This document shows positions 24,779-37,709 of a stretch of DNA of 64,000 nt, in pieces. Every line of letters begins with the position of its first letter. Position 1 is the stretch's first letter. Under the pieces are notes generated by a model, which saw only the letters and a list, made by a program, of their open reading frames with translations, was not told the DNA's origin and did no database searches. Source of the DNA: Entomortierella parvispora E1425 (Eukaryota; Fungi; Mortierellomycota); NCBI GenBank assembly GCA_020891255.1, contig BQFW01000003.1:310001-374000 (forward strand), given 5' to 3'. Both the position numbers and the translations under genes were made by a program.

Positions 24779-27252
24779 CTAAAGTGCTTTCGCGACATCT
24801 TTTCCTGCCCACCACAGCCATATCCGGAGCATGCCTTCGACAACCCACAGTCTCCATCGCATCGAAAAGTTGTCCACGAGGAATAACAAACTGCGCTTCA
24901 GTGTAGGGGTGTCGCCAAACAAGTACCATCGATTCCTAGGTCCCAGCCCCAGATCCTTGCCATGTGCCCTTGTCTCTTCAGAACTGTTTTCGTCTTTGTT
25001 ATCTTGGACGCCATACCACCATGATGCCAATCGACCCCAACGGCCATTAAGTCGGTCAAGCTTACGTTGCTCTCGTTTCCGACGACGCTCCTGTTCTTCT
25101 GCTCGGGTTTCTGTCCAGACGCCTCTTGTAGCATAGAGAGCATTGATATGGAATCGCTCCACGTTCTCTCCCCCGAGTTGCTGATGGATGCCTCGAGTAA
25201 GGTTGATGGTCCGGAATACCAGAAGCATATCGCGTGGAAGGACCTCCAAGAACTCAAAGACCTCAGCCATCGTCACATTCTTCATGGAGGACCGAATCTC
25301 GGTACGCTGTGCTGCCGTCATGCCCTCGCCAATTTTTTGAGTCGAGTTGGCAGGGCGTTGAATAAAGATAAGAGGAATAAATCCGACATAGTTTTCAGGG
25401 ATGCCGATGTTTGCTGAAGACTCATTCAAGAGTTTCTGGTCGTTCAAGATCAATGCCTTCCACAGTTTGCAATAGTTGTAACGGAAGGTCTCGTCCAATG
25501 TGCGATACAATCCATGATCCAAGAGAACAAATCGACTTTTTCCCGTGAACTCGTCCTTTGTGATCAGGATGTTGCCGGCCTATAAAGAGAGGGCATGAAG
25601 TCAAGTGTTAACAATCGAATGACAGGGGTGCTTTGGAGGATCTTCAAAGTCTTTCTTGTAGTTGCTTACGTGAGGATCACAATGAACAACTCCATGTTGA
25701 TACATCATTTCAGCAAATACTTCTAAAAGTGTTGTTCGCACCCACTTGGGTGATACTCCCAATTTGACCAATCCTTCGACGTCGTTGACTTTGATGCCAT
25801 TGATAAACTCCATGGTAAGAATCTTTGTCGACGAGAGATCCCAGTAAATTTCAGGCACATAAAAGTCCTTGCGATTCTTGAATCGCTCCTTGGTTGCCTC
25901 ACCATTCCTAACGAAGAACACATATTCATGTTAATGAATGTAGCTTATTGTCATTGAACGGCTCAGGGTTATTATCAACGTCATACCTGGCCTCATTGGT
26001 AAAGTCAAACTCGGAGGTGAGATTCTCTCTGAATTCATTCACGATCCAGCCGAGCTCGAATTCAGGGAACAAGAATCCAACCATGTTGGAAAGAGTTTCC
26101 ATAGTCCACATGTCAGCTATTGATGAGTACGCAAAGAAATTAGACAGGAACACACCATCGCTACCATTACTCTCAATAGTTTGTCCCATGCATACTTACT
26201 TTTAAACAGTCGTCGGACATCATTATATTGAACTTTGACTGCTGCCAACCGTCCGTCCATTGTAACAGCTATCCGAATGACGAGAACAAAGGTTAGTATA
26301 TTACTTGAGAAGAACTCGTGGCAACAATAATATGCTTGCCCTACCTCTGTGTACTTGAGCCAAACTAGCAGCTGCCAGAGGCAAAGGATCGAATTCTCGA
26401 AACAGTTCAAGAGGCATTTTGCCAAACTCCTCACGAAAGACCTGCTCAACCTCCTTCATAGACTTGAAGGGAGCTCGATCTTGAAGAATAGAGAGCGTGT
26501 TGGTATACTCTGGAGGGACAATATAGGTCAATGACGCCACATGCTGTCCTGCTTTGCAGTAAATTCCAGTGTTCAGTCTACAAAGCCGAAGCAACCGATT
26601 GGCGCATCGTTGATGGACGACTTTTCGTTCGGCCTTGTATGTGTCAGAAGTGTATCCTTCCGAAGCGTATCTCAAATGCAACACCTTGTAATCTGCCATG
26701 CAGAGGCACCTGAATGCAATCGAAAAGAACTTGAAAATTAGTGATCGGTGGTGCGCGGCTCGATCTGCACTCAGATCGGAGCGTCATTTTTTTTTTCCTT
26801 TTTAGATACCCTGTGACGAAAGTAGCGACGGATCGAAAGATGGCTACGCTGTAGATCGTTGCATGTTCGCGATATGTGGGGCTCCATGCTATGCCTACAG
26901 CTGATACCAGGGTGCCCAGACCAAGACCGATCCATAACCCTTTCTTGACTTGTTTCCACAGCGATCTTGGAGCTCTGCCGTCGGTTTGTGCAGTCAACGC
27001 AGTCTTTGGAGTTGTGGAAAGGTTTCGAGTCAGTCTCCAGCAGCTCTGGCTTTTCCGGATCGCGCGAGAGACAGGTGTGGTGGTATAGTGTATGCTGCTA
27101 TAAGGTGCATTGGCTACTGTCCGGAGTGTCCTGATGTGAAGCTGGGGTTGCCATACATTCCTTGGGGTTGGAAGCAAAGCAGAACCGACATGCCGACTTT
27201 GACCAGAGAACCAACGGAAAGCGATGGCGCACGCCGGACGGGAGATGGGCAT
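24779..27252 (-). CDS. ADCK1: ABC1/aarF atypical kinase, ADCK1/MCP2-like (mitochondrial)
   Basis: Arg/Ser-rich presequence MPISRPAC..; NTGIYCKAGQHV; EFDPLPLAAASLAQVHR; AVKVQY; EFDFTNEA; LTMEFINGIK; GVVHCDPH; LDHGLYR. Multi-exon. Confidence 0.9.
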
Positions 27253-27639
27253 GCTCGGCTTGAGCGAGAAGAGAGGCGGGATGAGCAATGCGCAAGCGAT
27301 GAGTGGGGGAATGAGAGAAGAAGAAGAGGTGGGGTTGAGGAATGACAAGTCGAGCGAGCGAAGAGAGAGAGAGATAGGAAAAGAAAGCAAGGGTGGTGAC
27401 CAGCGACCGAAAAGAAACTTTTTTTTTTTCCATTCCCCGCGTGGAACATGGCGCGGTGGCTGCTGGTGTGCAGGCCACACTGGCATCACCTCCGCCACTA
27501 AAAGTGGCCCGCGCCATCGATTTGGGAAAGTCTTGACTCACTGACAAGAAAAGGGACCTTCTCTTCTTCGCTATCCACCCCTCTCTTTTCTCTCTCTTCG
27601 TCACCCCCTCTCCCTTCTCCCCCCCTCCCTGTCCCCACA

Positions 27640-29245
27640 ATGTCGCTCAACCTTGACACCCTCCGTCTCCAGATCGACTCGCTCGACCACAAGCTCATTG
27701 CCTTGCTCAACGAACGCGCCCAGGTCTCGCTCGACATTGGCGCGGCAAAGAAACAGGCCATGGACCCTCAGTAAGCAACCAGCCCCTTTTCAAATCGACA
27801 ACCCTGACTTAATGACCCGGACATTGTCATGCACCTTTGTGGCCAACGTTAGAATGCTAATCGTTTCATGCTTTCTTTTGACAATGTGTTGTGCCATTCA
27901 ACAGGGAAGAGGACAGCACTCATGTTTACATCCCCGGTCGCGAAAAGGTCGTTTTTGAAAAGGTATGTCGGCGGCTCCCCAAAGGCAGCCCTCGGAGACT
28001 GAGCTCTTACTCTCAACCACCCTCCGATTACCAACAAGTAACTACATGTTTGTCTAGGTGACGCGCTTGAACCCTGGCCCCTTGGCTGCTGACAGTCTTT
28101 GCGCCATCTACAGAGAGATCATGTCAGCCTCGATTGCCCTCCAAAAGGATGTCATGGTCGCCTATCTCGGCCCAGTCGGCAGTTTCTCTCACGACGTAAG
28201 CTAGATCCAGAGGCAAAATGACCTTGTCTTCCCTATATCATACTAATCCTTCCTTGCCATGATCTATTATCTTATCTAGGCGAGCATGAAGCGATTCGGA
28301 GACAGCGTACAATATGCTTCACAAGGAACAATCGCAGATGTGTTCGAGGCAGTGGAGCGTGGCCGCTGTCAATATGGTGTCGTGCCCTTTGAGAACTCAA
28401 TTGCTGGATCAGTTGTCCCTACCTTGGACAAGTTCGTGAAGTCTAAGGTCAAGATCAGAGCCGAGACGTACCTCCCTGTTCACCACTACCTCCTCTCCAA
28501 AAGCAATATTGAATCTATTCGTCGGGTATACTCCCACCCTGTCGTAAGTCAATGTGGCCATCGTGTTGATATGAGAGTCAAGATCGAATGAACGAATGAA
28601 CGAACCGATCTAGTCACTAACTGTTCTCATAATTCGTATTTAAAGGCCTTGGCTCAGTGTCAGACTTTCTTGAACAGCCGATTGAAAGGTATTGAGCTGG
28701 TTCCGTGTGCTTCAACCTCGGAAGCTGCCCAACTCGCATCAAAGGAAAAGTTTGCTGCCGCCATCTGTAATCGCGTTTGCGCCGAGATTTATGGACTAGA
28801 CATTCTTCATGCTGACATTGAGGACCAGCAAGGTAAAATCAGCTCTTCGGATTCTGAGTCTTGTAACCAGAATGTTTTGTGCTTCAGGAGCTAACGCAGC
28901 GCGCTTGCGATCAATGTAGACAACACCACAAGATTCTTCATTATTTCGGATGCGTGGGATGCCCCTACAGCCAACGACAAGACTTTGCTTATGTTCACGG
29001 TGGACCACCGTCTCCCAGGAGCACTCTGCGATGGACTTAAAGTCTTCAAGGACCACAACCTCAATTTGACAAAGATTGACTCGCGCCCTTCCCTGATCCG
29101 CCCATGGCACTACGTCTTCTTTGTCGAGTGTGCAGGAGTACATGGTGATAGCGAGGCCATGCACACCGTTGTAGCAGAGCTAGGAAAGTACTGTTTGGAT
29201 GTCAAGATCATTGGGTCGTACGCCGACCAACTTGTTCAAGAATAA
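27640..29245 (+). CDS. PHA2: Bifunctional chorismate mutase / prephenate dehydratase (PheA P-protein type) with ACT domain
   Basis: LRLQIDSLDHKLIALLNERA...IGAAK...YIPGRE...IYREIMSASIALQ (AroQ chorismate mutase); AYLGPVGSFSH, VVPFENS, YSHP, NTTRF (PDT); GALCDGL...NLTKIDSRPS...YVFFVE (ACT). Multi-exon. Confidence 0.92.
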
Positions 29246-29484
29246 AACACGGATCTGTTCCACGTGACAGCACATGGAACATGAACTTGATCCCCCAAAA
29301 AAAAAATTGTCATCGCACAGACACGGACAGAGAACAGGCTTGATTACGATCTGATCCCCGCCACGCCTTCAGCACCCCTACCCCACGAAAAAGAAAAACG
29401 CTCCATCCACCGTGGTCTCTTTCTTTCTCTTCTTCTTCCACCATCCTTCAACCACTTCATTTATTCCCTCCATCGCACCTCATC

Positions 29485-30695
29485 ATGGACATTCTTCAGT
29501 GCTACAACGACTCGAGACTTAAGGTCGACTGGAACGACAACCGCATGTGGTTCGCTGTTGGGTCCATTGTCTTCAACCCCACCTTCTGGAACATTGTCGC
29601 TCGGAAAGGTAGCATTACTTTTCTGTTTATTATGGCCGTGAGGACAATCCATCGCTCGCGCCATGAGCCTTTCATAGACTACCTTGTTAGAATGCAGCTC
29701 TACTCATCCTTGTTTTCCTTTCCCACGCTTAGAATACCACACAAAATTCATTACTCGCATGTTCAACGGAAACGGACTCCACGGATGCTACGCCTTGGCT
29801 GCCACTATCTTCACTCTTGGACTGATCCGCGATGGCATGTAGGTTTTCTCCAGAGGCTTTGTTGGCAGTGGACCAGGACGGAACCTGGACATCAATAATT
29901 TCACAGCAGAACCATCCTCAATGCATCATCTGATACAACCACATACCTCGTTTGCTACTGTTTTCCATAGCTTCAAGTGGGCCCTTGATGGTCAGCCACA
30001 TGCTCAGTGCATGGACAACCCTCTTCTCCAGGGATTGGCATACTTCCTGTTCGCTGTCGGAAATATCTTTGTTCTCACCTCAATGTGGGTTCTCGGTATC
30101 ACTGGAACTTATCTCGGTAAGGAAACAGATTTGTGGTTCAAGAGTTCAACAAGGAGGATCTTGACCACTAATGGCTAAACATGAATCCCTGCATGGACTA
30201 GGTGATTACTTTGGTATTCTCATGGATGAGCGTGTCACTTCATTCCCTTTCAACGTGAACGAGAACCCCATGTACAATGGAACCGTCATGATCTTCTTGG
30301 GTACCGCTATCTGGTATGATAGATGATCTAGCTGCCATGTTAACAATTGACGACAAAAGAAAAAGATGCTGACTGCGACAATGATTCTGCATAGGTCTTT
30401 GAGCCCCGCGGGAGTTTACTTGGCTCTGATTGTCCACTTTGTTTACCGCATTGCCTTGAAGTTTGAGGGGTAATGACCATCTATTTCTTTTGACGCTGAT
30501 CAATCAGCAATGAATACAAGACGAAAACACAGGGACGTGAAACTGACTACTTGCTCTTCTTGAACTTTTAGTCCCTTTACGACTGAGATCTACAACAAGC
30601 GCGAGCAAGCCCGCTCCAAGGCCAGTTCCAAGCCAGCAGTGGCAGCCAAGGGTGGAAAGAAGAACGGCCGCTCTAACACGAAGAAGGATCTTTAA
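29485..30695 (+). CDS. OPI3: Phospholipid (phosphatidyl-N-methylethanolamine) methyltransferase
   Basis: [14 protein letters not shown]; [35 protein letters not shown]; SPAG. Multi-exon. Confidence 0.92.
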
Positions 30696-30796
30696 AGGAT
30701 GAAATACCAAAGCGAAAAGATAGAACATAGACATGATCTCAAAAACACATTTAGACTGGTGACTGCTGGCTGCCTGCAAAGAAAAATACAACAAAA

Positions 30797-30812
30797 AAAC
30801 GCGTCCTCGCGC
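30797..30812 (+). promoter_or_regulatory. Candidate MCB/SCB/E2F-like element upstream of CDK1
   Basis: AAACGCGT (MluI box ACGCGT at 30799-30804) followed by TCGCGCGG, about 275 nt upstream of the CDK1 ATG. These are short motifs and function is not shown. Confidence 0.35.
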
Positions 30813-31078
30813 GGCGGACAATTTAGTTTTTGTTGCTGTCAGGGCAGTGCTCAAGTTGCTCTTCTACGGTTGGCGACCCTGTGCTCTCCTGCTTGCCTTT
30901 GCATTCATTCATCCCCCTTGAACATAGTCATCCCCTCCCTTTTCGTCACTCCCTTCTGTTGACATTCTTTTCCTTGCTCCTCCTGCTCCACCTGCTCCCC
31001 CTGCTCCCCCCGCTCTCCTTCCTCTTTCTTTCCCTCTCGTCCCTTCTCCTACCTCCTCAATCTATACCACCACTCACC

Positions 31079-32807
31079 ATGAAGGAAGTCTCGGTCGATG
31101 ACAAGTACCAAAGAATGGAGAAGATTGGTGAAGGAACATATGGCGTGGTCTACAAAGCTACGTAAGTTGACCACTTGAACCACCCCATCCAAGTCTTCCT
31201 CTGCACAGTCCCTACCTCTGTGCTTCTTTTTGAGGATTCGCATGCAGCGATTGAGCCCCTGGACAATGCAATTGCAATTTGCCACCAAAAATTAACCCTC
31301 TGATTCTCCATGGTTTGCCATCTCCATGTCATAGCGAGAAAGAAACAAATCGAGTTGTAGCCTTGAAAAAGATTCGATTGGAAAATGAAGACGAAGGTAT
31401 TGATCGTCCCCCCCTCTTTTCCCTACCTCCCCCTGATTTGGCTGCCTGTGTCCGTTGACTCCAATGCTCCTGTCGACTGCTTCTGGATATTCTGAGCACT
31501 CTCTGTTGTCTTTCCAGCTTGCTAACCTGGCTACTTTTTTCGCTTTGCTGGATGTAGGCGTACCTAGTACTGCGATCAGAGAGATCTCATTGTTGAAAGA
31601 GCTCCGCCACGCTCACGTTGTTGCGTATGTGCTCCGGTCCTTGTCAAACCAGCAGGATGTTCAATTGACTCTGGATCCGCACGACGATCAAATGCACGTA
31701 AGACCCTGCATTAATCACCTATCTGTAATTTTTGTATTTCATATCGTTTAGGCTGCTGGATATTGTCCATGAAAAAAGCAAACTGTTCCTAGTCTTTGAG
31801 TATCTGAACTTGGATCTTAAGAAGTACATCGAGACGAATCCGACCACAAACAACTACGGACTCCCGCCAGATCAGGTTCAGGTACAGTGTGACTATTACT
31901 CTTGATACAAGCCTACATCATGATCTATTGCCTGCTATTGGTCAAACCCATTTGATCAAGAATTTTAATACATTTCCAATTACTCTTTGATTTCCGCAGG
32001 AATATCTCTATCAGTTACTCCAAGGAGTCGAGTTCTGTCACTCAAGGCGAATCCTTCACCGAGATCTAAAGCCACAAAACCTGCTCATTGACGAAAACAG
32101 GAACCTTAAACTGGCAGATTTTGGATTGGCGCGAGCGTTTGGCATTCCTATGAGAACATACACACATGAAGTCATTACACTTTGGTATCGTGCTCCTGAG
32201 ATCTTGATGGGATCGCAACATTATTCGACTGCTGTAGATATGTGGAGCGTTGGATGTATCTTCTATGAGATGATCACCAAGAAGCCACTATTCCCAGGTA
32301 AGAACAAGGCAAGAATGGACCATAGGAAAGAAAGAAAGAGGACGATCTGCAGACACTGACCAATTGTTCTCCCCTCGCTCACAAGGTGATTCTGAAATCG
32401 ATGAGCTGTACAAAATCTTCAAGGTGCGAGGCACACCCAACGATGAAATCTGGCCGAGTGTCTCCAAGCTAAAAGACTGGAAGCCATCATTTCCACAGTG
32501 GGAAGGCAAAGATCTGTCAGAACTTTTGCCCACATTGTGTCCGCAAGGAATCGATCTGTTCTCCAAACTTCTCCAGTACGACCCAGCACAGCGAATTTCT
32601 GCAAAGCGAGGTAAGATAAAGAAACCCACCCAAGCTCTCTGCACCTTCTATCCAGCTCATGAGACCTTTTACGGCCCATTGCGCGAGTACCTTTGTATTA
32701 CGGTCTTCTCTAACATAACTTTACTACTATGCCTAGCTCTTCTTCATCCGTACTTTGACAGTTTGAAAGAAGCAAGAATTGACTTGGTTGCACCAAAATT
32801 GTTTTAG
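31079..32807 (+). CDS. CDC28: Cyclin-dependent kinase CDK1/Cdc28
   Basis: [13 protein letters not shown]; [16 protein letters not shown]; [10 protein letters not shown]; [29 protein letters not shown]; GDSEIDEL. Confidence 0.96.
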
Positions 32808-33008
32808 ACACACTCAAGTATAGCAAACAAATTGTAGTTTGAAAGAAATTACAATATTTACTCTCTATCAAAGAGGCTTTTGTAGGATTGATACGTGCGG
32901 GAGTTTATGATATGCTGGAGTGAGAACGGGGAATATAAAACGGTGTATACATGCTGGTGATTGGAATGGCAAGAAGATAAGGGAAGGACATGCTGAGCTA
33001 CTATTATA

Positions 33009-33636
33009 TTACTTCTCGTCTTCGCTCTCCTCCTCGCTTTCAGATTCGCTCTCAGACTCCTCGATAATGGGGCGGTTGTTGTTGACAAAGAGATCGTCAT
33101 CACTGCCGCTTTCCTCCTCCTCCTCCTCATCCGATGAGGCGTCCTTTGCGTTGATACCATCTCCGAATGGCCAGATACCCTGCTGCTTGTACTTTTTGAT
33201 GTGATCTGGGAACAAGACAGCGCAGATGTCGCCTCCAACCTTGGTTTTGTCTTCTTCCTCTGCTGGCTCAATGATCACATAACTTCCTGATAATCCGGTT
33301 GTAGTCGAGGCGAGACGAGAATTTGATCCGTATCAGAGAAAGAAACCATCGTTAATGTCCACTATCCAATACCATCATGAAATGCCTCCCTTAAAAAACC
33401 TCCTTTGGCAGGTTCATCAGCTCGAGGATATGTAGTCTGATCTATTTACCTCTCTTGACCCAGACCAAGCTCCTGAACTTTGGTGGCAAATTGACAAGGA
33501 GTTCTTCGCCGTCTGGGAAAGCGATTTCATGGATGTTTTTGCCTCTAGAGCCCAAAACTCGAGCGAAGCGTTGACCGGGCTCAAGTTCTGGAATATCGGT
33601 GAGAATGTCGGTAGGTACTTGCTTCCGTCGGGACAT
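33009..33636 (-). CDS. EIF1AD: EIF1AD-like S1/OB-fold RNA-binding protein
   Basis: ARVLGSRGKNIHEI...LVNLPPKFRSLVWVKRG|SYVIIEP...KVGGDICAVLFPDHIKKYKQQGIWP, with an acidic tail. Two exons. Confidence 0.9.
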
Positions 33637-33896
33637 GGTGTCTGTGTTGGTTTATAGAATGATGAATAAAAGTGCAGTCGAGCAATGGACCGTTGGGCTT
33701 GGTGCATCAAAAAGATCTTTCGCCCAAAAAGCTGATCAGCTTTGATCTACTCGCGATGTTCTGATCTTCCATGACGTCTCAGACTCTGAAATAGTCACGT
33801 GCTCGAGCCACATCCTTTTGCCCAGGTGATGCATGCATGCATCCCTCTTCACTCCTCTCGACCCCCTTCACCCCTCCATCAACGACACAATTTGCC

Positions 33897-34424
33897 ATGT
33901 CTGGTCTCCTTATTTTCTTTGTCCTGGCTGTTGCCGTGGCCCTTAGCGCCGCCTCATACCTCTTCACCCCTCGCGGACCTAACCAGACGTATGTCTTCCT
34001 GCTACCCCAGGAACCAAAGAAGCGCGATGCTGTCTTTCTGTCGACTTTAGGAGACACCTATGACCACTTCACCACATGACCCAAGTCGCTAATGCTTTTC
34101 GGCCACTCGACCTTTTTCTTCTTTTTGCTGCAATAGTGTCATCCGCACGGCGCTCATTATGACCTTGGTTTCCTGCTACCTGATGTAAGCGACAATACTA
34201 GGGTCGCGACTTCTTTCTTTTTGAAAACGACACTATGGAGGAATAGGCACTGCTGCTACGCGGGAGCTATGTCCTTCACGTACCTGCTGCTGACAATGAC
34301 TTCTTTAATTGCTTTCTTTTCACCCTTTAGGTGGGCGATCACGTACTTGGCACAGCTTCACCCTCTTCTTCAACCAAGACATACCAAAATTAGAGCGCAC
34401 ACGTCAACGGAACAATCACTCTAA
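33897..34424 (+). CDS. VMA9: V-ATPase V0 subunit e
   Basis: MSGLLIFFVL...TPRGPNQT|VIRTALIMTLVSCYLM|WAITYLAQLHPLLQP. Three exons. Confidence 0.92.
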
Positions 34425-34754
34425 AGGAAATGATGAACAACCTTCTCCCTCCCTTCTCCGTCCCTCTCTCTGCGTTTCTCACCTTCGCCTTCTCGTCATG
34501 TTTTAACCGATATTGGATCCGATCCGTTGGTTCGCATCGCCTCTTCGACCCAGTCTTCCTGTTTATTGTATACCGAGATCAGCAAAAGATAACAGTGATC
34601 AGGGACAGGACTGGACGATTTCACTACAATTGTACAATAAACGAAACCCCCTCTTCCCCCTTTGCAACAAGAGAAGCCCTGCCATTTTGCATTGATTAGA
34701 CGCTATCATTTTAAATTTGTTTATTGTACACTTTTGGGAGTCTGTGGTGGGACT

Positions 34755-35852
34755 CTAACCGAGCATGCTACGCTTGCGACCTCTCATTCGCACTATGGAA
34801 ACAATTTAAAAAGAAAGGACCGAGAAGATCACTTGTTAGAAAAGCTGATTTCAATTTCAAAAAAAAAAAAAAAAAAAAATTGGAAAGAAAAGAGAGTCGA
34901 CAAATTACCATCTTCCAATTTCTTGAGGATCAACTTGGCAGCCTTGCTGCTTTCACCATAAGCCTCCAAAATCTGAGCAAACTGTGTCGAAAATGAAGTA
35001 GGGCATTGTCAGAAATCCTGCGCTCGGTAGGGACATAGTGCTATCAATCAGCAAAACACGCGCAAGTGGTTTCCTTTCTATCGTCCTTACCATGACCTCT
35101 GTGTTGGGATGCGTGCTCGTGAATGCTCTCTCGAGAACATAGAGATCGACGGCCTTGTCCTCAATCAAGTTACTGACGTAACTCAGTCCAAAATCGATCA
35201 AGACAACAGAGCCTCCAGTTTCCTTTCGCATCATCAGATTCGACGTCGTCAAGTCTCCATGGACCACCTCAATATTGTGCATCTTGCCCAGAGCCGTTCC
35301 GATTTCCTTGGCGACTCTTGATTGCGCCTCTGGTGTCTCTCCCTCGGCTGTAACGAGGAATTCACGGACGGAAATACCCTCAATATATTCCATGTAGATC
35401 AAAGAGTTCTCGAGGTCAACCATGTAAACGGTGGGGGTATCGATAAGTGCCTTTTGGCATCTGTTGAGACATCTTGCCTCCTACAAGATAAAAGTGAACA
35501 GAGGACCAGGACGGTTTACTTTTGCTTGCTTCCATTTTTTTACGGGGATCTGATAAGATAAACCAATGAAGAAGTCGTACCTGGACAACACGTCTTGAGG
35601 TCAGCTTCTTGTCCAAAGTAGGGTGTCTGTATGCCTTCGCGAAGCGCTCCTTGATGATAGCCTGGCGCTGGCAGAAGGGGGCCAAGTAGACCTTCTATCT
35701 CAGGGAACATTCACAACGACCAAACAAAAAAAACACGAATGAGATTTCATGTGCCCAAGAAATCCTGTTGCTGAATCTTTGTAAAATGATGCAGACAATC
35801 CTCATCTTACAGCCTCGGCTCCTTGCTTGATGAGTTGGGCGTTGTGGATCAT
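34755..35852 (-). CDS. BUD32: KEOPS kinase BUD32/TP53RK
   Basis: LIKQGAEA; KERFAKAYRHPTLDKKLT; VVHGDLTTSNLM; LIDFGL; EDKAVDLYVLERAF; C-terminus VRMRGRKRSMLG*. Confidence 0.95.
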
Positions 35853-36163
35853 GGTTGGGGGAAGGTTCCTGGTTCCTGACTGATTCAAGAGAAAGGGAGA
35901 TCAACGAAATGCATGCAAGAATCTGACTGGGCGCAGTAGACCCTTAATTGTAATCGATTTCTTTTGAAACGCGCTGACCTCGTCAAGTTAGACCACGGCC
36001 ATCAATTACTCCCCCTCAGCCGCAATCAATTCCAAGAACCTGAGCCATATGAAGGATCGTAAAATCACAGCTTCTCGGTACTGAAGTAGATTCTTTATTT
36101 GATCAAGGATTAGTATTATTAGAACAAGTCTCGGAGGAAATCGGTATTGAAAAGGGGAGGGGA

Positions 36164-37384
36164 TTATGAGTGAACAACGATTCTCTGCATTTGATGAAGA
36201 TCTCGACTGGAAGAACCGCCGGACGGCTGCTGTTCGTGTTGCGTTGGTCCTTGCTTCCCTCGCCAATTGATGAACTTCTTGACGGTGAACTGTCGAATGT
36301 TGGTTATCTGTGTCTCCAAGACGAGCTTTCTCATCATGGGCAGCTCGTTCTCGCACGGAACAAACGAGATTCTGTCCTCGGGATCCTGGTTGTCCACTGA
36401 GGTTGAAGAAAGAGGTGAAGGAATCTTGTTTGAGACTGCAAAAGGTGGTCCGCCAGGCTGACCAGACTCGGCCATTTGGATCAGACGCTCATAATCGATC
36501 CTGAATGTGTAGATGGGCACACCCTGATCTCGAAGTGTGCGAAGGATGGAGGCTTTGAGTTGATAGACTTCCTGTTGAGATTGCGTATCCACCTTAGCGA
36601 TGATGGGGACCACATTGGCCTTTTCAGAGATCATTCGCATATATTCGATATCGATGGGTTTGAGACGATGCACAATTAGATAAAAACACACATCAACGAA
36701 CCGATGGGCTCCCACACCTACAGTACATTTGTCATGAATTGGGAGTTAGGGGCGTTCTTCGTCTTCAATTGAGGGACATCTTTTCGTTATGTCCTACCTG
36801 TGACTAACGATCTCATCAGCTCGTTATTGCTGACTTCAGTGAACGGTGAGATCCTTTGGTTTTTCTCTTCAAAAGATTGACCCATGTGACTCAAGAAGAG
36901 CTCAAAGTTGAGTCGAGCATCCGCGACACTCCCGTATCCAGGCGTGTCTAATTATCTCCAAGAAAAAAAAAGTTGTGAAGGACTTCTTGTGAGTTATTGC
37001 ATCGGGAGCCGCTTACTGCCCATACTCTATAAGGTGTATTAGAATCTCACCTACAAAGATGAGGTTCCGAGCAGGAACTTCATCATCCGTGTCCATGTTA
37101 TCCCATGGGATTTCCATCATGGTACTCGCCGACTTTTCAATCAGTGCCTCGGTTCGAACATAGTCCTCATCCTCGTCGTCCTGGTAAGCGTTACTATTAT
37201 CATTGTTGCCGGAGGCTTTAGGTTGGTCTTCCCAGTCATGGCGCAGGACCTCAGGCAAGGTTTCCACAAACTGCCTGGCAAACATGGTCTTGCCCACGCC
37301 ACTGTCGCCAACCACAGCCAGTCGAAGGTGCCCGATGTTTTGACCCGCGAACGGGTTGGCCAAAAGGTAATGGGGTGCAGTCAT
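36164..37384 (-). CDS. Divergent septin-like GTPase
   Basis: G1 GDSGVGKT, G3 DTPGYG (formed across an intron), VDVCFYLIVHRLKPIDIEYMRMISEKANVVPIIAKVD (septin G4 region). Three exons. Confidence 0.75.
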
Positions 37385-37709
37385 TGTCTCTTCAAGGTAG
37401 AAATGGGGTGGGTGAATTGCGAATGAGTAAAAGAAATGCGAAATTGCTCAAAACAAGAGGAAGGAGGGAGGCCATTTTCCAGGAGGCACCAAGGCCACAC
37501 TTATTTAAACGGCAATGGCTGTGGTCATTTTTAGATTGCGCTACTGTGTGGATAGTATATAAACGATCCGCGGCTCTCCCGGCCCAGTGCCAGGTGCGCT
37601 TGCATCATCCAGAATATGGCCATGTGGTATCCTAGGGGGGGCCAACGACAGAAACGCGTGCATCATACAGAAAAGAAGGGCAACAGCAGATGGGCGAAGT
37701 CGTTCAATT

